Below, in pieces: positions 11,702 to 24,453 of a stretch of DNA of 39,644 bases. The notes beneath the pieces are model-generated. The model ran no database searches. It saw only the letters and a program-made list of their open reading frames with translations, and had not been told where the DNA came from. Numbering within the stretch: the stretch's first letter is position 1; each line of letters opens with the position of its first letter. The stretch lies in the NCBI RefSeq assembly GCF_001194135.2, contig NC_069003.1:10044794-10084437 (forward strand), read 5' to 3'. This stretch comes from Octopus bimaculoides. Its lineage: Eukaryota. The position numbers and the translations under genes were made by a program.

Positions 11702-12340
11702 GTAAGGCAACCTAAATTCTCTTCTTTCTTTTCCACTATCATCATCATCATCATCATAATTACAACCACCACTACCACTGCCAACTTCAACATTGTCACC
11801 ACCACCACCACCACCACCACCACACCATTGTTGTCATCATCACTACCATCACCCTCCATATCATCAACATTACCAAATATCAACATCTAACTAAAGGAGG
11901 AGCCTCTACGGTTGCCTGACCTGCTGAAAATAGCAGCCAGACATTCTTCAAACCACACTTCTTACGTCTTAAGAAATGGAAGGACTTGTTGGACGATTTA
12001 GCCTTGGTTTTACAACGTCTGGGGAAAAGATAGTTTGGTCACAGCTGCAATATTTTTTTTATTATAATCAAATAGATTAAGCTAACTTATAATTAATTGG
12101 TCCACTTAATCAGAGCTGACCTGATGTTAATCAATAACAACAACAGAGGACACATTAGATTACTGTAGTCCTAGATACACCATGTCCTTATAAAAAATAT
12201 AATGGTTGTGACTAAACACTGCTTATTTGATACTTTGGGTTATGTAGTTGTAGACTGGCTCATTACTCAGTGTGAACTTTGTGGCTGATGCCATAAATAT
12301 TGAGGAGACATTGGATTACTGTGATCCTAGATACATCATC

Positions 12341-12900
12341 ATCATCATCACCATCATTTTTTAACGTCTGCTTTCCATGCAGGCATGGGTTGGATGGTTT
12401 GACAGGAGCTGGCCAGCCAGAGAGCTGCATCAGGCTCCAATTGTCTGTTCTGGCATGGTTTCTATGGCTGATTGCCCATGCTGGTGACACTTAAAGGGTG
12501 GAGACACATACAAGGCACCTGTGCTGGTGGCACGTAAGAGAAACCTGTGATGGCGACACATAAAAGGCACCTATGTTGGTGACACATACAGGCACCTGTG
12601 CTGGTGACACATAAGAGGCACCTGTGCCAGTAATATGTGAAAGGCACCTGTGCTGGTGACACATAAATAGCACCCATGTTGGTGACACATAAATACCACC
12701 CATGTTGGTGACACATAAAAGGCATTCATGCTGGTGACACGTTGAAGGCAACTGTGATGGTAACACGTAAAAGGCACCCACTACACTCTGTAGAGTGGTT
12801 GGCATGAGGAAGAGCATCCAGCTGTAGAAACCAAATCAAAACAGACTGTGGAACCTGGTAAGCTCTCCAGCTCCAGTTAAACTGTCTTAAGACAATATGA
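12341..12900. mobile_element. Two inverted RTE-tail segments flanking a ~26-bp minisatellite
   Basis: Left part is an (ATC)n plus minus-strand tail; about 10 copies of 'gtgctggtgacacataaaaggcacct' at 12510-12780; right part is a plus-strand tail. Confidence 0.7.
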
Positions 12901-13394
12901 AAAACATGCTAAATGATGGTGGTGGCGGCAGCTACAGCAGCGGTGTGTGTGTGTACTTCAATACACTAAAACACTCAGACCTGTGTGGCTGTATAGTTAA
13001 GAAGTTTGCTCCCTAATCATATGGTTTCAGGTTCAGTCCCTCTGTGTGGCAACTTGTGAAAGTGTCTTTTACTGTAGCTTTGGTCAGCCTAGGGTGACTG
13101 AAGCTGTGTGAGTGGATATTGTTGGCAGAAATAGTGGAAGTGTGTTTGTGTGTGTGTGTGTTGGTGTCTTGACATCACATGTTAGTTGTAAATGAATCTC
13201 ACTGCCATGTAAAGTGTGTCCTGCATTACCGATCTTCCATAAAAATCCATGAGGGAAATTATTACCTTGCTTGGAAACAAATGAGGGCTGGTGACAGAAA
13301 AGGCATCTAACTGTAGGAAATCAGTCTTAACTAATTCCATCTGACTCCTGCAACCATGGGAAAGTGGACTCTTAAAGCAATGATGATAATGACA

Positions 13395-13432
<38 letters not shown>

Positions 13433-13544
13433 AGGAGGGTGTGATATGAAGCTGATCTGGCTGCTATTTCTAGTAGATTAAGTGGCCTTCTTGCTGGCTC
13501 AATCATTCTGATATAACTAATGTCTTTTTGAAATTTATTCCTAG

Positions 13545-13626
13545 AAATGGGAGCTGGAAAACTTAAAGGAAAAAATCCGGCTTTTGAAACTCATTTTGGC
13601 AGCTGAGAAAGAATCATTGCAGAAAG
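13545..13626 (+). CDS. ATG14: ATG14 coding exon 4 (82 nt)
   Basis: CTAG acceptor, AG|GTCAGT donor; reads KWELENLKEKIRLLKLILAAEKESLQK (coiled coil); phase 0 to 1. Confidence 0.9.
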
Positions 13627-13631
13627 GTCAG

Positions 13632-13678
<47 letters not shown>

Positions 13679-14394
13679 TTCTACTTTAGGCACATGGCCC
13701 CCAATTTTTTTTTAGTGTGTGTGGAGGGTGTGCAGTCGATTAGATTGACCTCAGTATGTGACTGGTACTTAATTTATCAACCCTGAAAGGTGAGCTGGCA
13801 GGATTGTTAGCATACTGGATGAAATACTTAGCGGTATTTTGCCCGTTGCTAAGTTCTGAGTTCAAATTCCGCTAAGGTCGACTTTGCCTTTCATCCTTTC
13901 AGTGTCAATAAATTAAGTACCGGTTGAGTACTGGGGTCGATGTAATCGACTAGTACCCTCACCCAAAATTTCCGGCCTTGTGACTATAGTAGAAAGGATT
14001 ATTATTATTAAGCACCCACTACACTCTCTGAGTGGTTGGCGTTAGGAAGGGCATCCAGCTGTAGAAATTCTGCCAAATTAGACTGGAGCCTGGTGTTGCC
14101 ATCCGGTTTCACCAGTCCTCAGTCAAATCGTCCAACCCATGCTAGCATGGAAAGCGGACGTTAAACGACGATGATGATGATGATGATGATTAAAAAATTC
14201 TACTGAGGTCAACTTTGCTTTTCATCTTTTCAGGGTGAATAAATTAAGTACCAGTGAAACACTAGGGTTGATGTAATTCACTAGTAATAATCCATCATAC
14301 ATTCTATATACCCTAAAAGATGTCTGCTCACACAGGCACACACTATATTTTCATTGGTTATTGAATTTTGCTAATCTCTCTCTCTTCTTAATAG

Positions 14395-14629
14395 ATGCGG
14401 AGAAGCTTGCCGAAGACAAACGACTGAATCGGGTGCGCACAGAACGCGCCAAAGTGCACCGCGACAAGAAATTGCGCATCATGAAGCTCTGTGATAACAT
14501 TAAGAACAAAATTAAAGAACAAAATGTGATATTAAAGAAAGATCTAGAAAAACTGGTGAAAGAGAGACGTTCACAAGCGAATATTTTAGTCCAATACATT
14601 TTCCCTATTTCTGAAATCAAACCAAACAG
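14395..14629 (+). CDS. ATG14: ATG14 coding exon 5 (235 nt)
   Basis: TAG acceptor, AG|GTGAGT donor; coiled coil ending LVQYIFPISEIKP (human, recalled: LTSVIFPIEEVK); phase 1 to 2. Confidence 0.93.
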
Positions 14630-14679
14630 GTGAGTTTGTTATGTCAGTTCTGGAAACAAAAAAAAAAAAGCTTTGTCAA

Positions 14680-15015
14680 TTGTTGTTGTTGTTGATACTC
14701 CGTCGCTTACGATGTCGAGGGTTCCAGTTGATCCGATCAACGGAACAGCCTGCTCGTGAAATTAACATGCAAGTGGCTGAGCACTCCACAGACACGTGTA
14801 CCCTTAACGTAGTTCTCGGGGATATTCAGCGTGACACAGTGTGACAAGGCTGGCCCTTTGAATTACAGGCACAACAGAAACAGGAAGTAAGAGTGAGAGA
14901 AAGTTGTGGTGGAAGAGTACAGCAGGGTTCGCCAAGATCCCCTGTCGGAGCCTCGTGGAGCTTTAGGTGTTTTCGCTCAATAAACACTCACAACGCTCGG
15001 TCTGGGAATCGAAAC
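14680..15015 (-). mobile_element. SINE in ATG14 intron, twin of 1396-1701
   Basis: Direct sequence match to 1396-1701; runs into the N gap. Confidence 0.8.
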
Positions 15016-15709
15016 NNNNNNNNNNNNNNNNNNNNNNNNNNNNNNNNNNNNNNNNNNNNNNNNNNNNNNNNNNNNNNNNNNNNNNNNNNNNNNNNNNNNN
15101 NNNNNNNNNNNNNNNNNNNNNNNNNNNNNNNNNNNNNNNNNNNNNNNNNNNNNNNNNNNNNNNNNNNNNNNNNNNNNNNNNNNNNNNNNNNNNNNNNNNN
15201 NNNNNNNNNNNNNNNNNNNNNNNNNNNNNNNNNNNNNNNNNNNNNNNNNNNNNNNNNNNNNNNNNNNNNNNNNNNNNNNNNNNNNNNNNNNNNNNNNNNN
15301 NNNNNNNNNNNNNNNNNNNNNNNNNNNNNNNNNNNNNNNNNNNNNNNNNNNNNNNNNNNNNNNNNNNNNNNNNNNNNNNNNNNNNNNNNNNNNNNNNNNN
15401 NNNNNNNNNNNNNNNNNNNNNNNNNNNNNNNNNNNNNNNNNNNNNNNNNNNNNNNNNNNNNNNNNNNNNNNNNNNNNNNNNNNNNNNNNNNNNNNNNNNN
15501 NNNNNNNNNNNNNNNNNNNNNNNNNNNNNNNNNNNNNNNNNNNNNNNNNNNNNNNNNNNNNNNNNNNNNNNNNNNNNNNNNNNNNNNNNNNNNNNNNNNN
15601 NNNNNNNNNNNNNNNNNNNNNNNNNNNNNNNNNNNNNNNNNNNNNNNNNNNNNNNNNNNNNNNNNNNNNNNNNNNNNNNNNNNNNNNNNNNNNNNNNNNN
15701 NNNNNNNNN

Positions 15710-15764
<55 letters not shown>

Positions 15765-15899
15765 GTATATACATAGATACATGTATATACAACAAAACAG
15801 GAAATTGGAAATTTTAGGGTATTATTTATCCACCATTACATGTGTTTCATTTGCTAATAGGAATTACAAAGATTTACATGTCAGTCTAACATGTAAAAC

Positions 15900-16380
15900 T
15901 CAATCAATTTTAAAAATAATGAAGAATTACTTTATTAATCTGGTGTTTAGAACTTAAACTGACATAAAATTTTGATGGAAGGTTTTTATTTAGATCACTT
16001 TAACCCTTCTGTTACCATATTTCTGTTGAAATATCCTGCCATCGTTTCTATTAATTTTGAATGTAACGAGGAATTTAGTAAAATAACTTTTTAAGGTGGT
16101 GTTTGGAACAAATTTACATCAAATTTCGGTGGAAGCTTTTAATTCATATCTGTTTAATCCTTTCCTTACAATAATATTTCTGTTAAAATATTCTGCTTTT
16201 GTTTAATTTAATTTTGAAAATAAATGAAGAATGTAATAAAATAACTTTGTTATAGGTAAGCTAGTGTTTGGAACTTAAATTAACTTGAAATTTTGATGGA
16301 AGTTTTTAATTTTGATCAATTTAAAACAGGAAGTTTGTATCAGAGAACCATGCAATGGTCTCAAGTGGTTTGGTATCAGA
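15900..16380. repeat. Degenerate ~160-bp tandem repeat (3 copies)
   Basis: 'gtgttt.gaac...aaattt..(a/g)tggaag.tttt' at 15943, 16099 and 16264. Confidence 0.75.
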
Positions 16381-16878
16381 AGCTTGAATTAATGTGTACA
16401 ATTCCATTTATTTAAGATCATTTTTTTTTTTGTATGTGGTTTGCAAGATTCTTGATGTGAGTTTGTGTTTTGAAACAGATTTTGTTGTACCTTGGGAGTG
16501 TCATTGCGCCACTATAAACACATGTACTGGTTCCATTTCACTTTTTATTGTAATTAGTCAATTTAAGATGGCAAGCTGGCAGACTGTCAAACAAAATGCT
16601 CAGCAACATTTCTTTTGGCTTTTCATCCTGAGTTCAAATCCTGCTGGAGTCCAGTTTGTCTTTCCACCTTTGGGGATTGATAAAATAAGTACCAGTTAAG
16701 CACTGGGGTTGATGTGGAGTCACCCGACTTAGTGGTTAGGACAATGTATCTCGACCTTTTTACACTTGTGTAACTGTTAAAATAAATTACATATCTCAAG
16801 TTACCCCTTCAAAAAAAAATTATGTACCATATCTTTCTCATATTTTTTCATCGTAGTTCACATGGTAAATATCATATA

Positions 16879-16912
<34 letters not shown>

Positions 16913-18177
16913 CATATATATATATGTAGGGTGTCCATAAATTACAGACATCACTAAATATATCCCCAATGGTTACTCTTTTACTTGCCTCAGTCATTTT
17001 GACTGTGGCCATGCTGGAGCACCACCTTTAGTTGAACAAATCGACCGCAGGGCTTATTCTTTGGCAGCCTAGTACTTATTCTATCGATCTCTTATGCCGA
17101 ACCGCTAAGTTACAGGGATGTAAACACACCAGCATCGGTTGTCAAGCGATGTTGGGGGGGACAAACATAGACACACACACATACATATATATATCTATAT
17201 ACATATATATGATGGGCTTCTTTCAGTTTCCGTCTACCAAATCCACTCACAAGGCTTCGGTCGGACTGAGGCTATAGTAGAAAACACTTGCCCAAGGTGC
17301 CACGCAGTGGGACTGAACCCGGAAGCATGTGGTTCGTAAGCAAGCTACTTACCACACAGCCACTCCTACAATGTTAGATTGGTTGATGTCTATATTACAA
17401 TATTACAATAACCAATAATATGTTGTGCATGTATAGGAATATTAGGATCATGAAATTAGCATTAGCTTATCTCACTCTTTCTCAGAGAACCCCTAAGATC
17501 CCTTCGTGGAACCCTGGTTGAGAAATTCTGGGTAGGATATTTGGGACGGATATGGCCGGTTTAAAATGCTAAAGGGCTAACCGAGCAATTGATTGGTTAA
17601 TTATCTTTTATATTTTATTTGTTTCAGTCATTAGACTGTCGCCATGCTGGGGCACCACTTTGAAGGGTTATAGTTGAACAAATTGATCCCCAGGGATTTT
17701 TTTTTTTTTTAAGTCTGGAACTTATACTATCAGTCTCTTTTGCCAAAGCACTAAGTTACAGAGATGTAAACACAACAGCACCAGTTGTCATGCGGTGGTG
17801 GGGGACAAACACAGACACACACATACACACACACACACATATATATATATGACAGGCTTCTTCCAGTTTCCATTTACTAAATCCACTCACAAGGCTTTGG
17901 TTGGCCCTAGTCTATAGTAGAAGACACTTGTCCAAGGTGCCATGCAGTGGGACTGAACCCGGAACCATGTGGTTGAGAAGCAGGCTTCCCACCACACAGT
18001 CACACCTGTGTTAAATGTTAACGAGTTGACTAAAAAAAGAAGTGAAACAGAACCAGTGTGTGTGTGATTATTATTATTATTAGCATAATGGCCATCCTGA
18101 AATACAACAAAATACTTTTATCTATTTTACTTATTTACTTACTTTTTATTTTATTTTGTGTTGTAATCTCCGACCAG

Positions 18178-18328
18178 TTGAGGCTAAGTCCGAGGTTATA
18201 CCTGATACAGAACCTAGTCACTGCAACCCAGCACACACTATCAGTGCTGCTCTCTGTTACACCACGCAGCTGGTCAGTGTCCTTAGTTACATACTGGACG
18301 TCACACTACCACGGCGACAGTCTTACAT
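18178..18328 (+). CDS. ATG14: ATG14 internal exon following the missing exon (151 nt)
   Basis: CCAG acceptor, GTAAGT donor; reads [49 protein letters not shown] (human, recalled: [29 protein letters not shown]); phase 1 to 2. Confidence 0.95.
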
Positions 18329-19092
18329 GTAAGTATTTCCTTTTCTATGTCAATGATGATGATAACGACAGATTTTGACGGGATGGCTGCTACTACTGTA
18401 AATTCTGGCACTCCACCAGTTATTATAATGATGAAGTTCCTAGTCGATCCGACCACCAGAACAGCCGGCTGGTGAAATTAACATGCAAGTGGCTGAGCAC
18501 TCCACAGACTCGTGTACCCTTAATGTAGTTCTTAGGGAGATTCAGCATGACACAGAGTGTAACAAGGCTGGCCCCCTTGGATTACAGGTACATCTCATTT
18601 TTGTCAGCTGAGTGGACTGGAACAACATGAAATGAAGTGTCTTGCTCAAGAACACACTGCATCATTAGGAACTGAACTCATGACCTTCTAATCGTGAGCC
18701 AAATACTCTAACCACTAAGCCATGTGCCACAGCTATTGATATTGCATGGACAATTGGGCATCTCTGATTGTGTAGGTGTATGATCAAAGATGTTCCAACC
18801 GTGGCCATCACAACTTTTTAGGGGTATATTGGATTACATTATCCAGTGTGTTGTTTCTTTTCACTAGTCAGCAGAGTGTGATTTGAGGGAGATCAAGCTG
18901 CTATTTCAAACAGACCCATGCAACCACACAAAGGACCCTTTACTACTGTAGATGCAGTTATTGCTACTATTGTTGTTGTTGTTGGTGGTGTTTTTGTTGC
19001 TGCTGTTGTTCAGGTAACAGTGGGCACCACTAACACTTACTTTTCACAGAAGATTTATTTTCTTAACTGTTTGTCTGTGCGTCCCGTTTCAG

Positions 19093-19263
19093 TGACTTCT
19101 GCCGTGGTGACATGTCCAAAAAACAGTTCAACAGTGCTGTGGGGAGACTGAATCAGAATATTGTCCATTTGTGTCAATCCCAGGGTGTGCCATCTGAAGA
19201 AATCACCCCCATGTTACACCTTCAGAATATTTTGCTTTTGCTCAGTTCTCCTCGGCTTGGAAG
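19093..19263 (+). CDS. ATG14: ATG14 penultimate coding exon (171 nt)
   Basis: TTCAG acceptor, AG|GTGAGT donor; reads DFCRGDMSKKQFNSAVGRLNQNIVHLCQSQGVPSEEITPMLHLQNILLLLSSPRLG; phase 2 to 2. Confidence 0.93.
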
Positions 19264-19727
19264 GTGAGTGTCACTCTTTCTTTGTCTCTTTTACCCTTTT
19301 ATTTATTGAACTAATTAATTTTTGGAATAGTGGATCTCGAAGCACATAAATCTATGAATAATAGCATACACATTGGGTTATATACTGGGAAAATATTGAG
19401 TTGAAAAACTCTTTTGGATAGAAGTTGGTTATCTGTGAGACATAAATTACATCTCTTGTTGCCAACTTTTATTGTCCAGAAGGGTTTTTTGACACAATAT
19501 TTACATGCTGTTATATATATATAGCTTTATTTGCTTTGAGATCCACTGTTCCAAAATGAATTATTTCATGTTCTCTCAAATGTTTATAAAATTCTTATGA
19601 CTTCAGTAATTTAATTTTTGATTTCATTCTAGTCTCTTGTTTTTGTCTCCACCCACATTCATTTTATCTCCTGTATTTTTTTTTCTTTTTACTTTTTTCC
19701 ATATTCATGTTCTTCAAATAATCCCAG

Positions 19728-20034
19728 TGAGAGCCCGTTCGAAGCTCAGGCTGATATCATCCAGTCTATTGAGAAGATCAGTTTGTCTGACGACAGCGAA
19801 GAAGACCGGGATTCTATCGTCGACGAGACGGACTCCAACTTTGACTGGGAACGCGTCTGTTATGAGATACCGGAGGTGGATCGAACGGGTCAAGTGGCGT
19901 CCTACATCCCCAACATTGCGACGTCGACACCTATGGAACCACAGTCGACGGCGGGAAGCATCATGTCTACTGCTGCTGCATCTGTGGCATCACTCTGGAG
20001 AGCTGCTGCCAGCCATTATTTTGACCGACGCTGA
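19728..20034 (+). CDS. ATG14: ATG14 last coding exon with BATS-like C-terminus
   Basis: Long pyrimidine tract and CCCAG acceptor; reads ESPFEAQADIIQSIE...DETDSNFDWE...AGSIMSTAAASVASLWRAAASHYFDRR* (human, recalled: AGGMISSAAASVTSWFKAY). Confidence 0.95.
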
Positions 20035-20159
20035 TGAGGATAAACTTCTGTTGCATTAATGCATTTTTGTTTTTGAGTGTTTGGACGTCCGTTTCTGCTT
20101 GTGTGTGCAGCCATAGATATTTGTATCAGTGTTATGATTATATCTACAAACATATACAT

Positions 20160-20166
20160 GTATGTT

Positions 20167-20204
<38 letters not shown>

Positions 20205-20474
20205 CAAATATCTACTTGAACATATGTACACAAATGAATAAAAAAATGTGTTTGTGTGTGTATGTATATATATATATGTGGGTGTGTGTTTGTGTATATA
20301 TATATATATATGTGTGTATGTATATATATATATGTATGTGCGTTTGTATATGTGTGTGTGTGTGTTTGTGTATTTGTATGTATGTATAGGTATATACATG
20401 TATGTGTGTATATGTATATATATGTATGTGTATATGTATATATATATGTATATGTGTGTGTGTGTGTATATGTA

Positions 20475-20512
<38 letters not shown>

Positions 20513-20830
20513 AATGTATGTATATAATTACATATATTTATTTATTTCATGTTGAGATATTCAACCTAACCACTCTGAGTTTGTTTGTTTTTTTCCTCTC
20601 TCTCAATGACAACAAAATATTTGTTCACTTCATTCTCTACATTAATATCAATTACTCTCTTCTTTGTTTGTACTCACCATATATAGCTATTATTGCTACT
20701 TTATACATACATACATACATACATACATACATACACACAAGCATACATGCATACACACTCACACACACACACACATGTACAGATGTATGTATGTCTGCAT
20801 ATGTATATATTTGTGTGAGTGTTGTATATT
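20160..20830. repeat. Compound (TG/TA/TACA)n microsatellite field in the ATG14 3' region
   Basis: Direct reading; it is the source of the VC/YI-rich spurious ORFs. Confidence 0.95.
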
Positions 20831-20858
20831 GCTGACCTTACACCAAAATTTGAAGCAT

Positions 20859-20894
<36 letters not shown>

Positions 20895-21105
20895 AAGGGT
20901 GACAAGCTGGCATAATTGTTACCATGCTGGACAAAATATGCCCAGTATTATTTCTTTATGTTGGATGTTTAAATTCCAGTTGGGTCTACTTTTGCCTTTC
21001 ATTGTTTCAGGAGGTGATGAAATAATTATCAGCTGAGCACTGGGGTTGAGGTAATTGACTCCCTTCAAAAATTCCAGGCCTTGTGTTTATAATAAGGATT
21101 ATTAA

Positions 21106-21142
<37 letters not shown>

Positions 21143-21143
<1 letters not shown>

Positions 21144-21310
21144 GGTGGCAAGCTGGCAGAATCGTTAGCACGCTGAGCAAAATGCTTAATGGTATTTCGT
21201 CTGCCACTGTGTTCTGAGTTCAAATTCCACCGAGGTCGACTTTGCCTTTCATCCTTTCGGGGTCGATAAATTAAGTACCAGTTACGCACTAGGGTCGATG
21301 TAATTGATTT
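21143..21310 (+). mobile_element. tRNA-type SINE, family A; further copies at about 13790-14000, 21765-21980, 28760-28950 (-), 35757-35975, 35990-36140 and 36525-36700
   Basis: Shared 'gagctggcagaatcgttagcacg...gttctgagttcaaattcc.ccgaggtcgactttgcctttcatcc' with A- and B-box-like motifs. Confidence 0.8.
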
Positions 21311-22439
21311 AATCCCTTTCTCTCTCCTTGTTTTTCCCCTCTATGTTTAGCCCCTTGTGGGCAATAAAGAAATAAGAAATACTTAGCTTAATGTTTTGAG
21401 TTCAAATGCTGCCAAGGTCAGGTTTCTCTTTCATCCTTTTGTGGTCATTGATATACAGTACTAGTAAGTCCTGGAGTTGATCCCCATGCCGTGGCCCCTT
21501 CCCCTAAAATTTGCTGGTCTTGCACCAAAATTTGAAACAATTATGATTATTGTTACTAATGGTGAAGGCTCGTGGCTTAGTGGTTAGGGTGTTGGACTCA
21601 TGATCATAAGATTGTGGTTTCATTTCCTGGACTGGGCAGTGCATTGTGTTCTCAAGCAAAACATTTCATTTCATGTTGCTCCGGTCCACTCAGCTGGTAA
21701 AGGTGAGTAATCCTTAGATGGACTATCATCCCATCCAGGGTGGGGGTGAATATATACACCTTAAGGCGGTGAGCTGGCAGAATTGTTAGCACGCCGAGCA
21801 AAACGCTTAGTGGTATTTCGTCTGTCTTTATGTTCTGAGTTCGAATTCCACCGAGGTCGACTTTGCCTTTCATCCTTTTGGGGGTTGATGAATTAAGTAC
21901 CAGTTGCATACTGGGAGTGATCTAATCGACTGGGCCCCTCCCAACTAAAATTTCAGGCCTTGTGCCTAGAGTAGAAAAGAATACATGCACCAGAGAGTCC
22001 AGGAAACAGGTCCTGTGAGTCTGTATGACTCAGGAAGTTTGTTTTATCCATTTTTTTTTTTTTTTTTTTTTAATTACAATTTGAAATAGAGATTATTGTT
22101 AACAAGGGTTGTATGGGTTAGAATTAGGGTCAACCCATGGCTAAAGCTGCAACTACAGCGACAACAGCAGCAGTATCGTCTTGAATTTTACTGGTTGTAT
22201 TTATGATGGTCTTTACCACTTCCACCACCACCGCCATCATCGTCATCACTGCCAGCATCGTTGTTCATGAATATTGTCATCGCCACCACCGCTAACGTCA
22301 CTATCATCACTGCCACTACCAACTTAAGTCATCATCATCATCATCACCACCACCACCACCACCACCGCCGCCATCATCATCATCATCATTAGCAACAACC
22401 AGCTATGAAATACACTAACCAAAATAATATGAAGGCCAA

Positions 22440-23018
22440 CTCTAACTTGGTAACAGCTTGAGTGTAACTTTGCCTTGGACTTAAGTTGAGTGTAGCTTTA
22501 TATCGGATTTGAGTATAACTTGGTTAGTGCTTCAGTTGAGTGTAACTTGGTTGGGGGTCCTAGTTGAGTTGAACTTGGTTGAAGCTTGAGTGTAACTTGG
22601 TTGGGGGTCCTAGTTGAGTGGAACTTGGTTGAAGCTTGAGTGTAACTTGGTTGGGGGTCCTAGTTGAGTGGAACGTGGAGCTTAACTTGAGTGGAACTTA
22701 AATTGAGAGGGCCTTTGTATTGGACTTAAGTTGATTGTAAACTGGTCAGTTCTTAGGTTAAAAGTTGAGCATAACTTCGAACAGGTCTTAAGTTGAGTGT
22801 AACTTTGTGCAGGGCTTAGGTTTAGTGCAGCTTGGCACATAGCAGGATTCAGTGTAACTTGAAGCAGGCTTCAGTTGAGTGTAACTTGGCACATGGCTTA
22901 AGTCAAGTGTAACTTAAGGTTCAAATGTAACTTGGTACGTGGTTTAGGTTGAGCATAACTTGGTATATGGCTTGAGTTGAGAGTGACTTGATGCATGGCT
23001 GAGGTCGAGTGTAACTAC
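22440..23018. repeat. Minisatellite of ~22-28-bp monomers with a local 50-bp higher-order unit
   Basis: Core 'ttgagtgtaactt' recurs about 20 times; 'tagttgag' at 22561, 22611 and 22661. Confidence 0.9.
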
Positions 23019-24045
23019 AATAAGTTATAATGAGTACTCATTTGACATACTTTAGGTGATATAAATGCCTACAGAAGTCCCTTAGACCTTGTATCGATGT
23101 CTGATAAGATTGTTTCAAATGCTTGGTGTTTTGTCAAAGTACTACTACGACTACTACATACCTTCACACAGATGTTTGCAGTTATGTGTTTCCATAATAT
23201 CTGATATTACTTATTCTGTGTTAATGGAATTTTTTAAATTTTCTCCCTATATAGCTAAGTTTATTTTTATTATTATTGTAATTATTATTATTATTGTTAT
23301 TATTATTATTATAATTCTAAATTTTTTTTATAAATGTTAAAAACCATTAACAAAAATTACCAACTTCGTTTTTTTTTTTCCTTCTTCAATGTATCCTTTG
23401 CAAAAGAGTCACGACTATCACAACTTCCTCTTTTCAAGCATATTTAAAGCAAAGTTTTATAAATACGTGTCTTCTACAGTAACCCTCGGCTGGCCAAAGA
23501 CTTATGAATAGATTGTGTGTGCATTTGTGTGAGTGTGTTTGTGTATACCCTTGTCGAGACATCATGTGATGGTTATGAAGGGGCATCATCATCATACAAG
23601 CAAAGTGGTTCATTTCCAGTCTTCCATGAAAATCATGTCCAGCCATGGGGAAAATATTACTTTGCTTGGAAACAGGGGAAGGGTTGGTGACGGGAAGAGC
23701 ATCCGGTCATGATAAAAGAATCTACCTCAACAAATTCTACCTGACCCATGCAAGCATGGAAAAGTAAACTTTAAATGTTTATTATTATTATTCATCGTTT
23801 AACGTCCGCTTTCCATGCTAGCATGAGTTTGACGATTTGACTGAGGACTGGCGAACCAGATGGCTGCACCAGGTTCCAATCTGATCTGGCAGAGTTTCTG
23901 CAGCTGGATGCCCTTCCTAACGCTGATTGTCTTACAAACTTCATTAGCTTTCAGCTGTCTCTGCTATAAGGTGTAGTGGACTACTCAGTGGAACATACAT
24001 GTATTGAGTTCCATACCAGGATATTAGTATTGTAATGCCTAAGCA

Positions 24046-24086
<41 letters not shown>

Positions 24087-24409
24087 CACACACATATATA
24101 TATGTATCAAACAAAAATTGGAAACAGAACACAAAGGGTATCGCGGTACATGTGTTTCAAGCTTTATAAACAATCTGTCAATTACATCAGTATATGTATA
24201 TTGTTGATATAAAGGACGGTTTAAAGCTATCTCCAGCTGCAAACATTGCTAGTCCCAAGATTACATCACAAAAAAAAAAAAAGAAAGAGAAAGAGAAAAA
24301 GTCCATTTAGTATTACCCATTTATCATATTCATTTATAAAAGTATATCTGCATAAAAGTTTGTTGGATTTCAGAAATCTGCCCATACTGTACCACAATTA
24401 AGCATAGAG

Positions 24410-24453
<44 letters not shown>

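Noticed and set aside
16394-16699. Candidate for the missing ATG14 exon (also 17476-17525)
   Set aside because: No frame resembles the missing conserved block, and both regions contain repeat fragments.
20016-20934. VC/YI/HT-rich ORFs here and at other microsatellites
   Set aside because: Translations of dinucleotide and trinucleotide repeats.
21143-21240. tRNA genes
   Set aside because: A/B-box motifs belong to multicopy SINE heads; no complete cloverleaf was seen.
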